A stretch of 64,000 nucleotides of DNA from Candidatus Doudnabacteria bacterium (GTDB lineage Bacteria > Patescibacteriota > Doudnabacteria > UBA920 > O2-02-FULL-48-8), in NCBI GenBank assembly GCA_037200925.1, contig JBBCGO010000001.1, positions 246,366-310,365 of the forward strand, written 5' to 3'. The notes below the pieces were generated by a model that had not been told where the DNA came from, ran no database searches, and saw nothing but the letters and a program-made list of their open reading frames with translations. This document shows positions 18,394 to 27,552 of this stretch, piece after piece; position 1 is the stretch's first letter; every line of letters begins with the position of its first letter. The position numbers were made by a program, and so were the translations under genes.

Positions 18394-19842
18394 TTAGATA
18401 ATGCTCGGCAATTCTGCTGAGAATGCGCTTTCTGATGTGGCATCAAATGCCGTCACTGCAAAGTAATACGTCACGTTTGCCGTAAACCCGATCAGAGGAA
18501 GCTGCGTGCCTGTAACTGTCGCGCCTTTGGCTAATGTATCGGGGGTTGTGCCCCAGTACACATTGTATCCGAGCACTATGGCATCCGAGCCATCGGTCTT
18601 CTTTGTCACCGGATCCCACGCCAGTGTCGGTGGAGTGACCTGGACCGTGACATCCGCCGGCGTCGTCCCGGCTAGATTCGTGCAGGTCACGCTGAACGTG
18701 GTCGTGACCCTCGGCGCAATGCTCGCGGTCGTAATGGCGCTGACAAGCGCCGGCCCGCTCCAGTTGGCATTGGCCGGACTGGCCGATAGCGTGCATGTGG
18801 TGGAGTTATTCCCCGGGTTTTCCATCACTGTCGTTGATTCACCCAAACGTATCGCCGTCGGATTGGCTGTGATGGTCGGAGTCGGTGGGATCGGGGGCAC
18901 CACTGTGATCTGAAATGATGTGGTCTGTACCACCCACTGCACTGTCGCAGCAACCACAATGGTATACGTGCCTGCGGGTGTTGTGATCCCGGTTGTCAGG
19001 GTTAAGACCGAAGCGCATGTCGGGCTGCAGACGGGGTTGGCAAACGCTGATGTCATGCCGACCGGCAACCCTGACTGGACGGAAAACGTCACGGGCTGTG
19101 TCGTCCCAAACTGCAAATTCGCCGAGATCGTACTGGTCGCGGCCGGACTGCCGTTTGTGCTGATGCCGTTGTTGGTGAGCGTGAATGACGGGGGCAGAGC
19201 TGGCGGCACAGAAAGAGTGGAGCCAAGCATGGGGCCTTGCTGCGTGCCGTCAGGCAGCTGGATCTTAGCGGATGCGTGATTGAGGTTCGTGCCTGCTTCC
19301 GCCACCGTGTCCATGTACACGAGTTCAAAGTACACGGTCTGGCCGGCGGTGAAATTTATCTGCTGCGGAGTGATCCCGTTGCAGATCGTGACCGGGTTGC
19401 TTGACTGCTCGCAGTACCGCAGCCACTGGTTCACGCTCGGCGCCACCGCATTTGTCATCTGCGCGATCGGGCTTTTACCCGCGAAATTCTGGTCAGCTGT
19501 CGAATAGTAGAGCTTGCCTTTCCCGTTCGACGCCATCCAGAATTTATATTGACCAGTCTCTGGCGCTGTGTACTGGCAGCGCATGCGCGCCACCAACGGC
19601 ACGTAAATGCCGCTGACATTCAGCAGGGCCGCGAAGTTGACAGTATTCTGGACAAGGTTGGGATTGGGATTCCCCAAAAGCCACGGATTGTCCGCGAGTT
19701 GCTGAGGATCGGTTATGGCACCTGAGGCCACATTGTTCCAGGCTTCCCAGATGCACCCTACAGACCCCGGAACCGGCGGCGTTTGTGCGCTCGCCACACG
19801 TGCGACCAATACAAAAACGCACCAGAGCAGCATTCTCTTCAT
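18394..19842 (-). CDS. Secreted carbohydrate-binding-like protein (PA14-like N-terminal domain plus Ig/FN3-like C-terminal domains); anomalously GC-rich
   Basis: 482 aa; signal peptide MKRMLLWCVFVLVARVASA; YTAPETGQYKFWMASNGKGKLYYS PA14-like pattern; C-terminal FN3-like YYFAVTAFD; GC far above window average with many spurious overlapping ORFs on both strands. Confidence 0.5.
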   Translation of the reverse strand: MKRMLLWCVFVLVARVASAQTPPVPGSVGCIWEAWNNVASGAITDPQQLADNPWLLGNPNPNLVQNTVNFAALLNVSGIYVPLVARMRCQYTAPETGQYKFWMASNGKGKLYYSTADQNFAGKSPIAQMTNAVAPSVNQWLRYCEQSSNPVTICNGITPQQINFTAGQTVYFELVYMDTVAEAGTNLNHASAKIQLPDGTQQGPMLGSTLSVPPALPPSFTLTNNGISTNGSPAATSTISANLQFGTTQPVTFSVQSGLPVGMTSAFANPVCSPTCASVLTLTTGITTPAGTYTIVVAATVQWVVQTTSFQITVVPPIPPTPTITANPTAIRLGESTTVMENPGNNSTTCTLSASPANANWSGPALVSAITTASIAPRVTTTFSVTCTNLAGTTPADVTVQVTPPTLAWDPVTKKTDGSDAIVLGYNVYWGTTPDTLAKGATVTGTQLPLIGFTANVTYYFAVTAFDATSESAFSAELPSII

Positions 19843-19946
19843 TTATGCGGTCCTCCGTTTTTTCCTGTTGCTATATGTAACGCTGTCAAAGTTGCGGCGT
19901 TACACTTAAAGTACGTACAAAAAAATCATTAACCCAATAAAGAAAT

Positions 19947-22844
19947 ATGCTCAATTTAAGCAGGTTTTTATACGATACTCAAGGAAAAAACCGCATATTA
20001 AAAATAATCTCGCCGATCGCGGTGATCATCATTTCGGCAGTGCTTGTGCCTCCGATGAGCGCGCATGCCGATACTTTCACATCGCGCTGCACGGCCGCAG
20101 GAGTGGTACTCTGCAGCGGATTTGATTCCGCAGATGACATAGACAGCTTTGTTTCAGGAAATGAGGTCGGGACAACTCTCGGCGTGTTTGACCCCACGAA
20201 CCAGGCATCCGGAACAGGCTCCATGAAATTTACGATCCCGAGCCGCACCGGCGCCAATTCATCCGGCGATTATGAACGCCTGATCAATGAATCAAGCGCC
20301 GGCTACAAAACCGGCTCCGTGTTCTTCGTCCAGTTCCGCCAGCGCTTCTCGCCGGAAATGCTTTCATCTGCCATGGGCGGCAACGGCTGGAAGCAGGTGG
20401 AGATCACCACACCCTTCAGCACTTACGGCGACGCGCCCGGCATCGGGCTTTTTAACCAATCATTCGGCAACATGCCAGTGCTTTACGTCAACGGCGCAAC
20501 CTTCACGCAAACTCCCTCTGACGGCACTGCCGTTTCTTATGTCGCCAACCAGTGGATGACCTTTGCTTTTGAGATCCATGTCGGCGATTGGGGCGCGTTC
20601 AACACGACTGTGAAGGTTTGGGCAGCTCCGGAAAACCAGCCCTTAAAACAGATCTACAATGTGACCAATGCCGCTCCAGGGCAAAACCCCAGCGACCCTG
20701 ATTCCGGGTACAACAAAATAATGTTCGGCCCGAACAACACAGGCAAACTTGCAACAACTGTCCACACGCCGGCCACGACCTGGTATGACGAACTGGTAGT
20801 TTCAAACAACCAAATTGCGGATCCGTTCACACCGGCTGACACCACAGCTCCGGTGCTTGCGGAAGTAACTCCGGTCCCAACTCCGACTAGCGACAATACT
20901 CCTGACTACACTTTCTCTTCCACAGAAGCCGGGACCATTACTTATGGCGGTGATTGTACGTCTGCGACCACGGCTGCGGTGGTAGGCAACAATACTGTAA
21001 CATTCAACACACTTGCAGACGGAGTTCATATGAATTGCACCATCATGGTCACTGATGCTGCTTCAAACCAAAGCCTGCCTTTGAGCGTAAATACTTTTAC
21101 AGTGGACACAACTGTTCCGGATACAACTCCTCCCGTCATCTCGGCCGTCACTTCCACAGCGATAACCCAAACCGGCGTGACGATCAGCTGGATGACGGAT
21201 GAAAATTCAACTTCACAAGTGGATTATGGCCCAACCACGAGCTACGGCTCATCCACGGCATTGGACACATCTTTGGTCACAAGCCACAGCCAGAACATCA
21301 CAGGATTGACTGCCGGGACCATTTACCACTTCCATGTAAAATCAGCCGATGCGGCAAACAATCTTGCCACTTCTGATGATTTTAATTTCACAACTCTTGC
21401 CGCAACTGACACCACAGCTCCGGTGCTTGCGGAAGTAACAGCAGTACCAAGCCCAACCAATGACAATACTCCTGACTACACCTTCTCATCCACAGAAGCG
21501 GGTACTATCACCTACGGTGGTGATTGTTCTTCCGCTACGACATCTGCGGTTGCGGGTAACAACACCGTAACCTTCAACACACTTCCTGACGGAGTTCACT
21601 CAAACTGCACTATCGTGGTCACTGACGCATCAGGAAATGCAAGTACTGCGCTCAATGTCAGCGCCTTTACTGTGAACACGGCCACTCCCGCACCTTCTCC
21701 GCTGACAGTGACCATCAATCAGTCCGCAAAGCAGGCTGACCCAACCAAAAAATCTCCGGTCAGCTTCACAATTATTTTCTCGGAAAAAGTAAAAGGATTC
21801 AAAGCCTCGGATGTTAATTTCTCCGGCACTGCCACAGTGGGCAAGCCTTATCTGTCAGGCTACAGTGCAACTTTCAAGATCTACGTGCCTGTCAAAACCA
21901 GCGGAACTGTCATCGCTACGATTCCCGCGGGAATTGCCACTGACAAGGCCGGCAACAGCAATGCCGCTTCCACTAGCACGGACAATACGATAACTTTTGA
22001 CAACACTCCTCCGGTTATCTCAGCTGTGGCTTCATCTGCCATAACTCTGGACAGCGCCACCATCACCTGGACCACTGATGAGAATTCGGATTCTCAGGTT
22101 GACTATGGCACGACCAACTATTATGGCTTCTCTACAAAATTGGATAAAACCTTGGTGATGAGCCACAGCCAGAACCTGACCGGACTTTTGGCACTCTTAG
22201 ATAAAAATGACCGATATCACATGAGACCACAGCCAATTGCCGGAAAAACCATACACTTCCGGGTCAGGAGTAAAGATGCGCTAGGAAACCTGGCCAAATC
22301 AGCTGACTTCACATTCACCACGGTGCAGCCGGCCAATGGAGCCGCTCCGACTGTGACCATCAACCAGGCTGCGGGACAGGCTGACCCGACAAATCAATCG
22401 CCCATCAGTTTCACTATCGTATTCTCAGAACCTGTGATCGGATTCTCAGCCAAAGATGTGAAGATCTCCGGTGTTGAAGAATACGGGTATGCGTCCCTGT
22501 CCGGCACAGGCCCCACTTATACATTAAGTGTTCCTGTCAAAGACAACGGCACTGTCACTGCCTCGATCCCAGCCAATGTGGCCATTGACTCGGACGGCAA
22601 CGGCAACGTGGCCTCCACCAGTACGGACAATTCCGTAACATTCAAACGCAACAAAATATACGCGGACGGCACTGTCATCTGCGGCTCAGGCCCCACTCTT
22701 TACATGGTTTCAAATCATGGACATGACAAACTTAGCATCCCGTCCATGGCTGTATTCAACAGGCTGAAACTTTCGCTGAAGAATGTGGTCAGAGTGGATG
22801 ACAGAGACCTGTCTGATTACCACGACGGCGGGCAAGCACATTGA
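19947..22844 (+). CDS. Large secreted multi-domain surface protein (Ig-like/FN3-like repeats) with conserved C-terminal module
   Basis: 965 aa; signal peptide; two FN3-like copies (PPVISAVTSTAIT...YHFHVKS and PPVISAVASSAIT...), two Big-like copies (DTTAPVLAEVT...), C-terminal IPSMAVFNRLKLSL...Y.DGG module. Confidence 0.7.
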   Translation: MLNLSRFLYDTQGKNRILKIISPIAVIIISAVLVPPMSAHADTFTSRCTAAGVVLCSGFDSADDIDSFVSGNEVGTTLGVFDPTNQASGTGSMKFTIPSRTGANSSGDYERLINESSAGYKTGSVFFVQFRQRFSPEMLSSAMGGNGWKQVEITTPFSTYGDAPGIGLFNQSFGNMPVLYVNGATFTQTPSDGTAVSYVANQWMTFAFEIHVGDWGAFNTTVKVWAAPENQPLKQIYNVTNAAPGQNPSDPDSGYNKIMFGPNNTGKLATTVHTPATTWYDELVVSNNQIADPFTPADTTAPVLAEVTPVPTPTSDNTPDYTFSSTEAGTITYGGDCTSATTAAVVGNNTVTFNTLADGVHMNCTIMVTDAASNQSLPLSVNTFTVDTTVPDTTPPVISAVTSTAITQTGVTISWMTDENSTSQVDYGPTTSYGSSTALDTSLVTSHSQNITGLTAGTIYHFHVKSADAANNLATSDDFNFTTLAATDTTAPVLAEVTAVPSPTNDNTPDYTFSSTEAGTITYGGDCSSATTSAVAGNNTVTFNTLPDGVHSNCTIVVTDASGNASTALNVSAFTVNTATPAPSPLTVTINQSAKQADPTKKSPVSFTIIFSEKVKGFKASDVNFSGTATVGKPYLSGYSATFKIYVPVKTSGTVIATIPAGIATDKAGNSNAASTSTDNTITFDNTPPVISAVASSAITLDSATITWTTDENSDSQVDYGTTNYYGFSTKLDKTLVMSHSQNLTGLLALLDKNDRYHMRPQPIAGKTIHFRVRSKDALGNLAKSADFTFTTVQPANGAAPTVTINQAAGQADPTNQSPISFTIVFSEPVIGFSAKDVKISGVEEYGYASLSGTGPTYTLSVPVKDNGTVTASIPANVAIDSDGNGNVASTSTDNSVTFKRNKIYADGTVICGSGPTLYMVSNHGHDKLSIPSMAVFNRLKLSLKNVVRVDDRDLSDYHDGGQAH
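20838..21439 (+). repeat. Tandem intragenic duplication (32-mer GACACCACAGCTCCGGTGCTTGCGGAAGTAAC at 20838 and 21408; period 570 bp)
   Basis: identical 32-nt strings 570 bp apart in frame within the surface-protein gene. Confidence 0.8.
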
Positions 22845-22957
22845 ATTTGCGAGGAGTCCCGATTATTCGGGACGACGAAGCAATCGGCTCTCGGCAGGAT
22901 AAAGGGAGCTCCGCGGTTTAGACTGCCACGCTCCGACTAAAACGTCGGAGCTCGCAG
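22842..22957 (+). repeat. 116-bp structured repeat, copy A (inverted partner at 35410..35525, 3 mismatches)
   Basis: starts at the TGA stop of the surface-protein gene; internal hairpins GTCCCG-attatt-CGGGAC and CTCCGAC-taaaac-GTCGGAG. Confidence 0.85.
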
Positions 22958-22962
22958 ATGCG

Positions 22963-23376
22963 CTAAATCGTAGATCCAAAACAACCCCCTAAATTCGGGG
23001 GTTGTTTTTTTTGGCTAAAAATATTGGGGTATGTTTCCATCAATTTTTTGAGTGAGTCGGTATCTCCAGAGATGCGCAAAACCTCGGCAAATAAACGCTG
23101 GTCTCTCAGATTGCTTTCGGAGCGCATGATCCCGTACAGTACTATCCTCGGATCAGGGCTGTCTTTGGAACTGCGCAGTTCAATTCCTGATTTTGCGGCC
23201 ATTGCTTCTACCTGCAGCACCACGGGCTTATCCGGCGTGGTCGGCTGTTTGAATTTTTCCAGGACGTTTTGATAAGCTTTTTCATCTATCTGCCCGCCTG
23301 ATTCCTTATAGCGCTCAAAGCTCTTCTCGGGGCTGTCCTCGGTTTCTTTTTCGTTTCCTTGTGATTCCCTAGCCAT
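22963..23376 (-). CDS. Hypothetical acidic protein
   Basis: 137 aa; 3' end runs through the terminator hairpin so true stop may be earlier. Confidence 0.35.
   Translation of the reverse strand: MARESQGNEKETEDSPEKSFERYKESGGQIDEKAYQNVLEKFKQPTTPDKPVVLQVEAMAAKSGIELRSSKDSPDPRIVLYGIMRSESNLRDQRLFAEVLRISGDTDSLKKLMETYPNIFSQKKQPPNLGGCFGSTI
22980..23012. terminator. Bidirectional rho-independent terminator
   Basis: AACAACCCCC-taaatt-CGGGGGTTGTT flanked by A-run and T8. Confidence 0.7.
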
Positions 23377-23437
23377 ATTTTTAACGGTTAATGCCTATCT
23401 GTATTATACACCCAAAACAAGTTTTCTTTCATTCGCT

Positions 23438-23453
23438 CATTCGCGCGAATGAT
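23438..23453. repeat. 16-bp perfect palindrome TCATTCGCGCGAATGA (ATTCGCGCGAAT family)
   Basis: self-complementary; upstream of 22963..23376. Confidence 0.6.
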
Positions 23454-23512
23454 TCCAAAAGGGCCGGTAGAGCAGCCGCTATTTTTTTCCAGCGAGGCTT
23501 AGAAAAAGTGGC

Positions 23513-23553
23513 GAAAGAATAAATTCAACGCCTCAGGATCACCTGAGGCGTTG
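23513..23553 (-). terminator. Rho-independent terminator (GCCTCAGG...CCTGAGGC hairpin family)
   Basis: AACGCCTCAGG-atcac-CCTGAGGCGTT followed by T-rich run on minus strand; same hairpin family at 43890. Confidence 0.55.
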
Positions 23554-23589
23554 AAGGTTTTAAGCAATCCTCAAAAGTTCTTTCTAAAT

Positions 23590-24132
23590 TTACTGTGCGA
23601 CAATGTTGGCGCAGGCAACATTCGCGGTCACACCCGCAGCCGATTTATCCACGCTTACCGACATCGGATTGGCCGTAAGGTCGGCCATGTTTGCGTTGAC
23701 CGTAGTATCGGATTTTCCGTTTACCGTGGAATTGAGCGTATATTTTACCGCGCCGGGGTTGGCGCAGGTACCTGAGTTAATATGCGCAGGCAAAGAGAGA
23801 TTCAGCGGCCCGCCGACCGTATTCAGTACGACATCGGTTCCATTCGGCGTTTGCGTAAACGTTACGTTGCCGGCTACTCCGGAACTATTCTGCGTCTGAA
23901 GCGGTATTGTTAAGTTTTGCGGCGCATTTGCTCCGGCCGATCCGTTGGCGCCGTTGGATCCGTTTGCCCCAGTGGCTCCGGTCGCCCCATTAGACCCGTT
24001 GGTTCCCGTACTCTGAGATTGGTTATTCTGCTCCGTGGTGGTTGTCTTCGGTCTTAGGAAAAAATACCAACAGGCGAGCAATAAGAGGATAACTAAGATG
24101 GCGATAACCCACCATTTGCTTGTATTGTTCAT
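23590..24132 (-). CDS. Membrane-anchored secreted protein with collagen-like Gly-X-Y repeats
   Basis: 180 aa; N-terminal TM WWVIAILVILLLLACWYFF; GTNGSNGATGATGANGSNGANGSAGA (8 G-X-Y triplets). Confidence 0.5.
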   Translation of the reverse strand: MNNTSKWWVIAILVILLLLACWYFFLRPKTTTTEQNNQSQSTGTNGSNGATGATGANGSNGANGSAGANAPQNLTIPLQTQNSSGVAGNVTFTQTPNGTDVVLNTVGGPLNLSLPAHINSGTCANPGAVKYTLNSTVNGKSDTTVNANMADLTANPMSVSVDKSAAGVTANVACANIVAQ

Positions 24133-24184
24133 AGAATATATTTAATGATGTGAAGATCTCGACCTTTATTTAAGTGCTTGGTCA

Positions 24185-24514
24185 TTATACCAAAATACGC
24201 CAAGGATTAAAACTTACAATTTTTGACAAAAATATCAGAAGCGCTGCCTGCTCCAGGATCAGCAAACTTATGCCGAGCGGAAAATAGAATTTCCTGGTCT
24301 TGTGATGAAAAAATATCATGCCCAAAAGTACGCCCAACGAAGCGAAGAATATGGCGATAAAAAAATAATAAACTTCCGGTATGCGTTCCGTATTGTCTAC
24401 GCTGCTTTTTTTGTCTATCCCGACCAAAATAAACGCGAGCAGGTTTACCGCAGCTAATCCTCCGTAAAAAATTAATAGCCCGTTGGTCATAAAAATTTGA
24501 ATAAATCCCCGCAA
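24185..24514 (-). CDS. DUF1294 family membrane protein
   Basis: 109 aa; GIDKK...ERIPE...GG..G...HKTRK signature. Confidence 0.5.
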   Translation of the reverse strand: MRGFIQIFMTNGLLIFYGGLAAVNLLAFILVGIDKKSSVDNTERIPEVYYFFIAIFFASLGVLLGMIFFHHKTRKFYFPLGISLLILEQAALLIFLSKIVSFNPWRILV

Positions 24515-24553
24515 TCCTGAACTCGTTTCAGGATCTCTTTGTCCTGGGTATTG

Positions 24554-24582
24554 CCAACTATTCTCCTATTCGCGCGAATGAG
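24554..24582. repeat. ATTCGCGCGAAT family repeat copy (CCAACTATTCTCCTATTCGCGCGAATGAG)
   Basis: shares 12-nt 5' flank CCAACTATTCTC and palindromic core with 16521 and 16821 copies. Confidence 0.6.
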
Positions 24583-24601
24583 TCCTACTCACCCTGAGCT
24601 T

Positions 24602-24841
24602 CTAGATATCAAACTCCTCAGGATCAAAACCCAATTCTTTAGCCGCTTCTAAAAAATCTTTTTTCTGAGGTTTTTTGATCCCTTTTTGCTTCGCATAAGT
24701 CTGGTTCAGATGAACGAGAATCCTGTCTATCTCTTCCTGGCTAAAGCCTCCTTCCATAAGCGAATTTATCCATCCGTGCATGTCTTCATCAGGAACAGAA
24801 GCGCCCACAATTTCACCTCGGTTTTCAAATCGATTTTTCAT
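24602..24841 (-). CDS. Hypothetical protein
   Basis: 79 aa acidic ORF. Confidence 0.3.
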   Translation of the reverse strand: MKNRFENRGEIVGASVPDEDMHGWINSLMEGGFSQEEIDRILVHLNQTYAKQKGIKKPQKKDFLEAAKELGFDPEEFDI

Positions 24842-24847
24842 GAATCC

Positions 24848-25522
24848 TCATTTATTAATAAATAAATGTGCATATTTCTCTCCAAAGTGTCGATACGCAC
24901 ACCATTTACAGTCTGGGTTTTCTGGAGGAACCGGACCTTCCAGCAATTTATTTACATCTTTCATGAATTTCAGAAAGTTTTCTCTTTCCAAATCTACTTC
25001 AACCCATTTGGGTGGAAAGGTTATTATTGCCTGATTTTTTTCAAATCTAACCTGATCTGGATACATGATAACTAACCCTAATTTAGTTATTTGTTTAGAT
25101 TTTCCTTTTTCTGGAAATTCAAATGCGTAATGATAAGCCTGAAGTTGCTTCTGGTATTTAGCGCCCTTTTCTTCATCAGGAGTCGTAATTTTAAAATCGA
25201 TAACTAGGTAAGTTCCATCCTTCTGCCTTACAAGAAGATCATATTTCCCTTTAATATACGCGTTGGTTTTCGGGATCAATTTTGATTCTACATATCCTTC
25301 CTGACTTTCCACTATACCTTCAGGCAAAAGCGGTGAGAGTTCCCGAAGGTTATTTCCGACCAACTTTCCCTGAAGAAGTGCGTTCAAAGTTGAAAAAACA
25401 CCGGGAAATGGCATCGAGGGTCGCTGCATCCCGTGTTTTATTTTAAGATAATAACAACACTTACATTCTTCGTATAAGTATGCAAAATCTGAAGGGCTTA
25501 GTTTGTACTTCTTATTTTCCAT
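24848..25522 (-). CDS. Cas4/RecB-like PD-(D/E)xK nuclease with Fe-S cysteine cluster (no CRISPR context)
   Basis: 224 aa; N-terminal CKCCYY cysteines, LVIDFKIT (D..K catalytic), QLQAYHY (QxxxY), C-terminal CKWCAYRHF CxxC. Confidence 0.55.
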   Translation of the reverse strand: MENKKYKLSPSDFAYLYEECKCCYYLKIKHGMQRPSMPFPGVFSTLNALLQGKLVGNNLRELSPLLPEGIVESQEGYVESKLIPKTNAYIKGKYDLLVRQKDGTYLVIDFKITTPDEEKGAKYQKQLQAYHYAFEFPEKGKSKQITKLGLVIMYPDQVRFEKNQAIITFPPKWVEVDLERENFLKFMKDVNKLLEGPVPPENPDCKWCAYRHFGEKYAHLFINK

Positions 25523-25540
25523 AAACCTATAAATTATCTT

Positions 25541-25556
25541 TTAATTACGTAATTAA
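25541..25556. promoter_or_regulatory. 16-bp perfect palindrome TTAATTACGTAATTAA about 20 bp upstream of the Cas4-like gene (second copy at 31858)
   Basis: self-complementary; located within the likely promoter of 24848..25522. Confidence 0.55.
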
Positions 25557-25667
25557 ATATGTTATTTATAAATCCAGTTCGTCAATATCAATACCCGGAT
25601 CTTCCAAACGGGTTAAAGCTACCTCTGGATCGACGAGTTCATTCGCCGTTCTTTCCCTAAGTCCGTC

Positions 25668-27552
25668 TTACGCAATAGAAACATATTTTAATAATTCTTT
25701 TTTATTATTTTTTTTATCTTTTGGTTTGTATCCTACAAAATTACAAATATCAATAATCTTTACGATAAATTTATCAAATTCTTTTTTACTCATTGTTATA
25801 TTATTGCCAACCAGATTGCTAGTCTGCCATTCAGCAGACACGTTAAGTGGGGCTTGGGGTCTATGACCTTGAATATTAAAAATATCGTGATCTTTTTGTG
25901 TTATCCAGCCAGCACCAACTTCTGATACAGCGCCCCAAGATCTAGCCATATGATCACTAGTAACATAAATAACAAACATTTTTTTATCAGAATAACTATC
26001 GACAAAAAAACTACGAAGATATTCAAAAATACCTATACGGTTAGGGATACGGGAGTCCGCATTGTCCGAATTTGAATAAATAATATCCTCATCCGGAAGT
26101 CCATTAAAAGATAACATCTTATATATAACATCAGACAAGGGTTTGTCTTCTAGAGTCTGACTAATCAAAATTCTTTTTTTCTGCGAATCAACTCTTCTCT
26201 TGATACCAACAATTGGAAGAAATTTATTCATCTCATCCCGGATTATTCTCTGTATGGCTGGAATACTGCCACCAAATCTGCTAGCGATCTTGCTGGTTGC
26301 CCCACCTGACGCTGCCGTTTTGTACTCATCTACTTTTTTTCTTAATTCTTCTTCGTCTTTCTTCTCTCTTTCTTGCTTTTGCTGTTCTTTCTTCTTTTTA
26401 TTAAATTGTACCCAAACATTACGCATGTTAATTATACGAGGCAGTAATTCATCTCTCACATATTTTATTACTTCTATATATCGAAGATCATCTGTCTTAT
26501 ATCCTTGCCGGTTACTTAATGACATGTCTGGTAGCTCCGTGGCTTCGAAAAGGTCAATATGTAATTGTCCAACTATAAACACTTCTTGAAGTTTATTAGC
26601 ACCAACAACAGGTAGAATATTATATTCACCTAGTTTACCATTGGAGAGTATTGAAATAAAATTATCAGGAAAATCGTTCGAGTCTTTCTTTCTGTCTTTT
26701 GTAGTTCTGTAAGCCCCTACCCAACCTTTTATAATTACTTCATATTTTTTATCTTCGCCTTTTCTGTTGACTAAGTTCAACGGGATAGCCACGGCACTGT
26801 CTTTTTTAAGAAGACCACCTTCTATCTCATTATTTTTGCTAAATCCGGAATCAAAGTACTTAGCAAGTCCCTGATACTCTTTGCCAAAAGTAATCAAAGC
26901 ACCAAGGCCTCTAATTATCTCTTTATCAAAATTATCAATAATAATTGTATCTTTATCAGTGATAATATGAATTCTAAAATCTTTACTAACTAATGGAAAA
27001 ATTTTAAGTAAATTGTTGCGTATTGCGGTTACGGTGGCATTTAGTCCATATTGCGGATTTGTCATAACTATTGACGTGCCATTTTTCCGAATATATTTAA
27101 ATTTAATATCTTTATTAGCGATTGCTTCCAATCTATGATCTTCGCCTACGTTTCGAGAAAGAATAAAACCAGATTTTTCATTATCTTTTACAGTCATCAC
27201 TGAAACTTTTTCTGAAACTGAAAGAGCAGCTAACTTGCCAACACCTTTGCGACCCATTCTTTTACGAGTCCCGTCTTCAGTATAGACGTCTTTTTTTGTT
27301 GTGCGAGTCTCAATAGCTACATCAAGGTATTTTTTTTATATCACCATCTTCATAAGACATCCCAATACCATCATCTTCAACAATTATACGATCCTCTTTT
27401 TTTATAATGTATACATTTGAAGCCATCGCATCATATGCGTTTGCAATTAATTCAGCTAAGACATAATAAATATTAGTATAAAGACTCGGTCCCAACAATT
27501 CCAAAACTCTAGGACTTATATTGAGTTTATATTCACGGTTATTATTATTCAT
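25668..27552 (-). pseudogene. MORC-like GHKL (HATPase_c) ATPase, interrupted by -1 frameshift at A8 homopolymer (27331..27338); possible phase-variable gene
   Basis: N-terminal 76-aa ORF has ELIANAYDA (N box) and DDGIGM (G1 box); downstream 529-aa ORF begins with GRKGVGKLA (G2 box); removing one A from the A8 run joins both frames into one ~634-aa protein. Confidence 0.65.

Noticed and set aside
18443-19822. Multiple overlapping ORFs on both strands inside the 18394..19842 gene
   Set aside because: Artefacts of very high GC; the 482-aa minus-strand ORF has signal peptide and domain structure, the others are Arg/Pro/Gly-rich.
24848-25522. CRISPR-Cas locus around the Cas4-like nuclease
   Set aside because: No direct-repeat/spacer array and no cas1/cas2-like genes anywhere in the window; Cas4-like fold is more plausibly a restriction/defense nuclease here.
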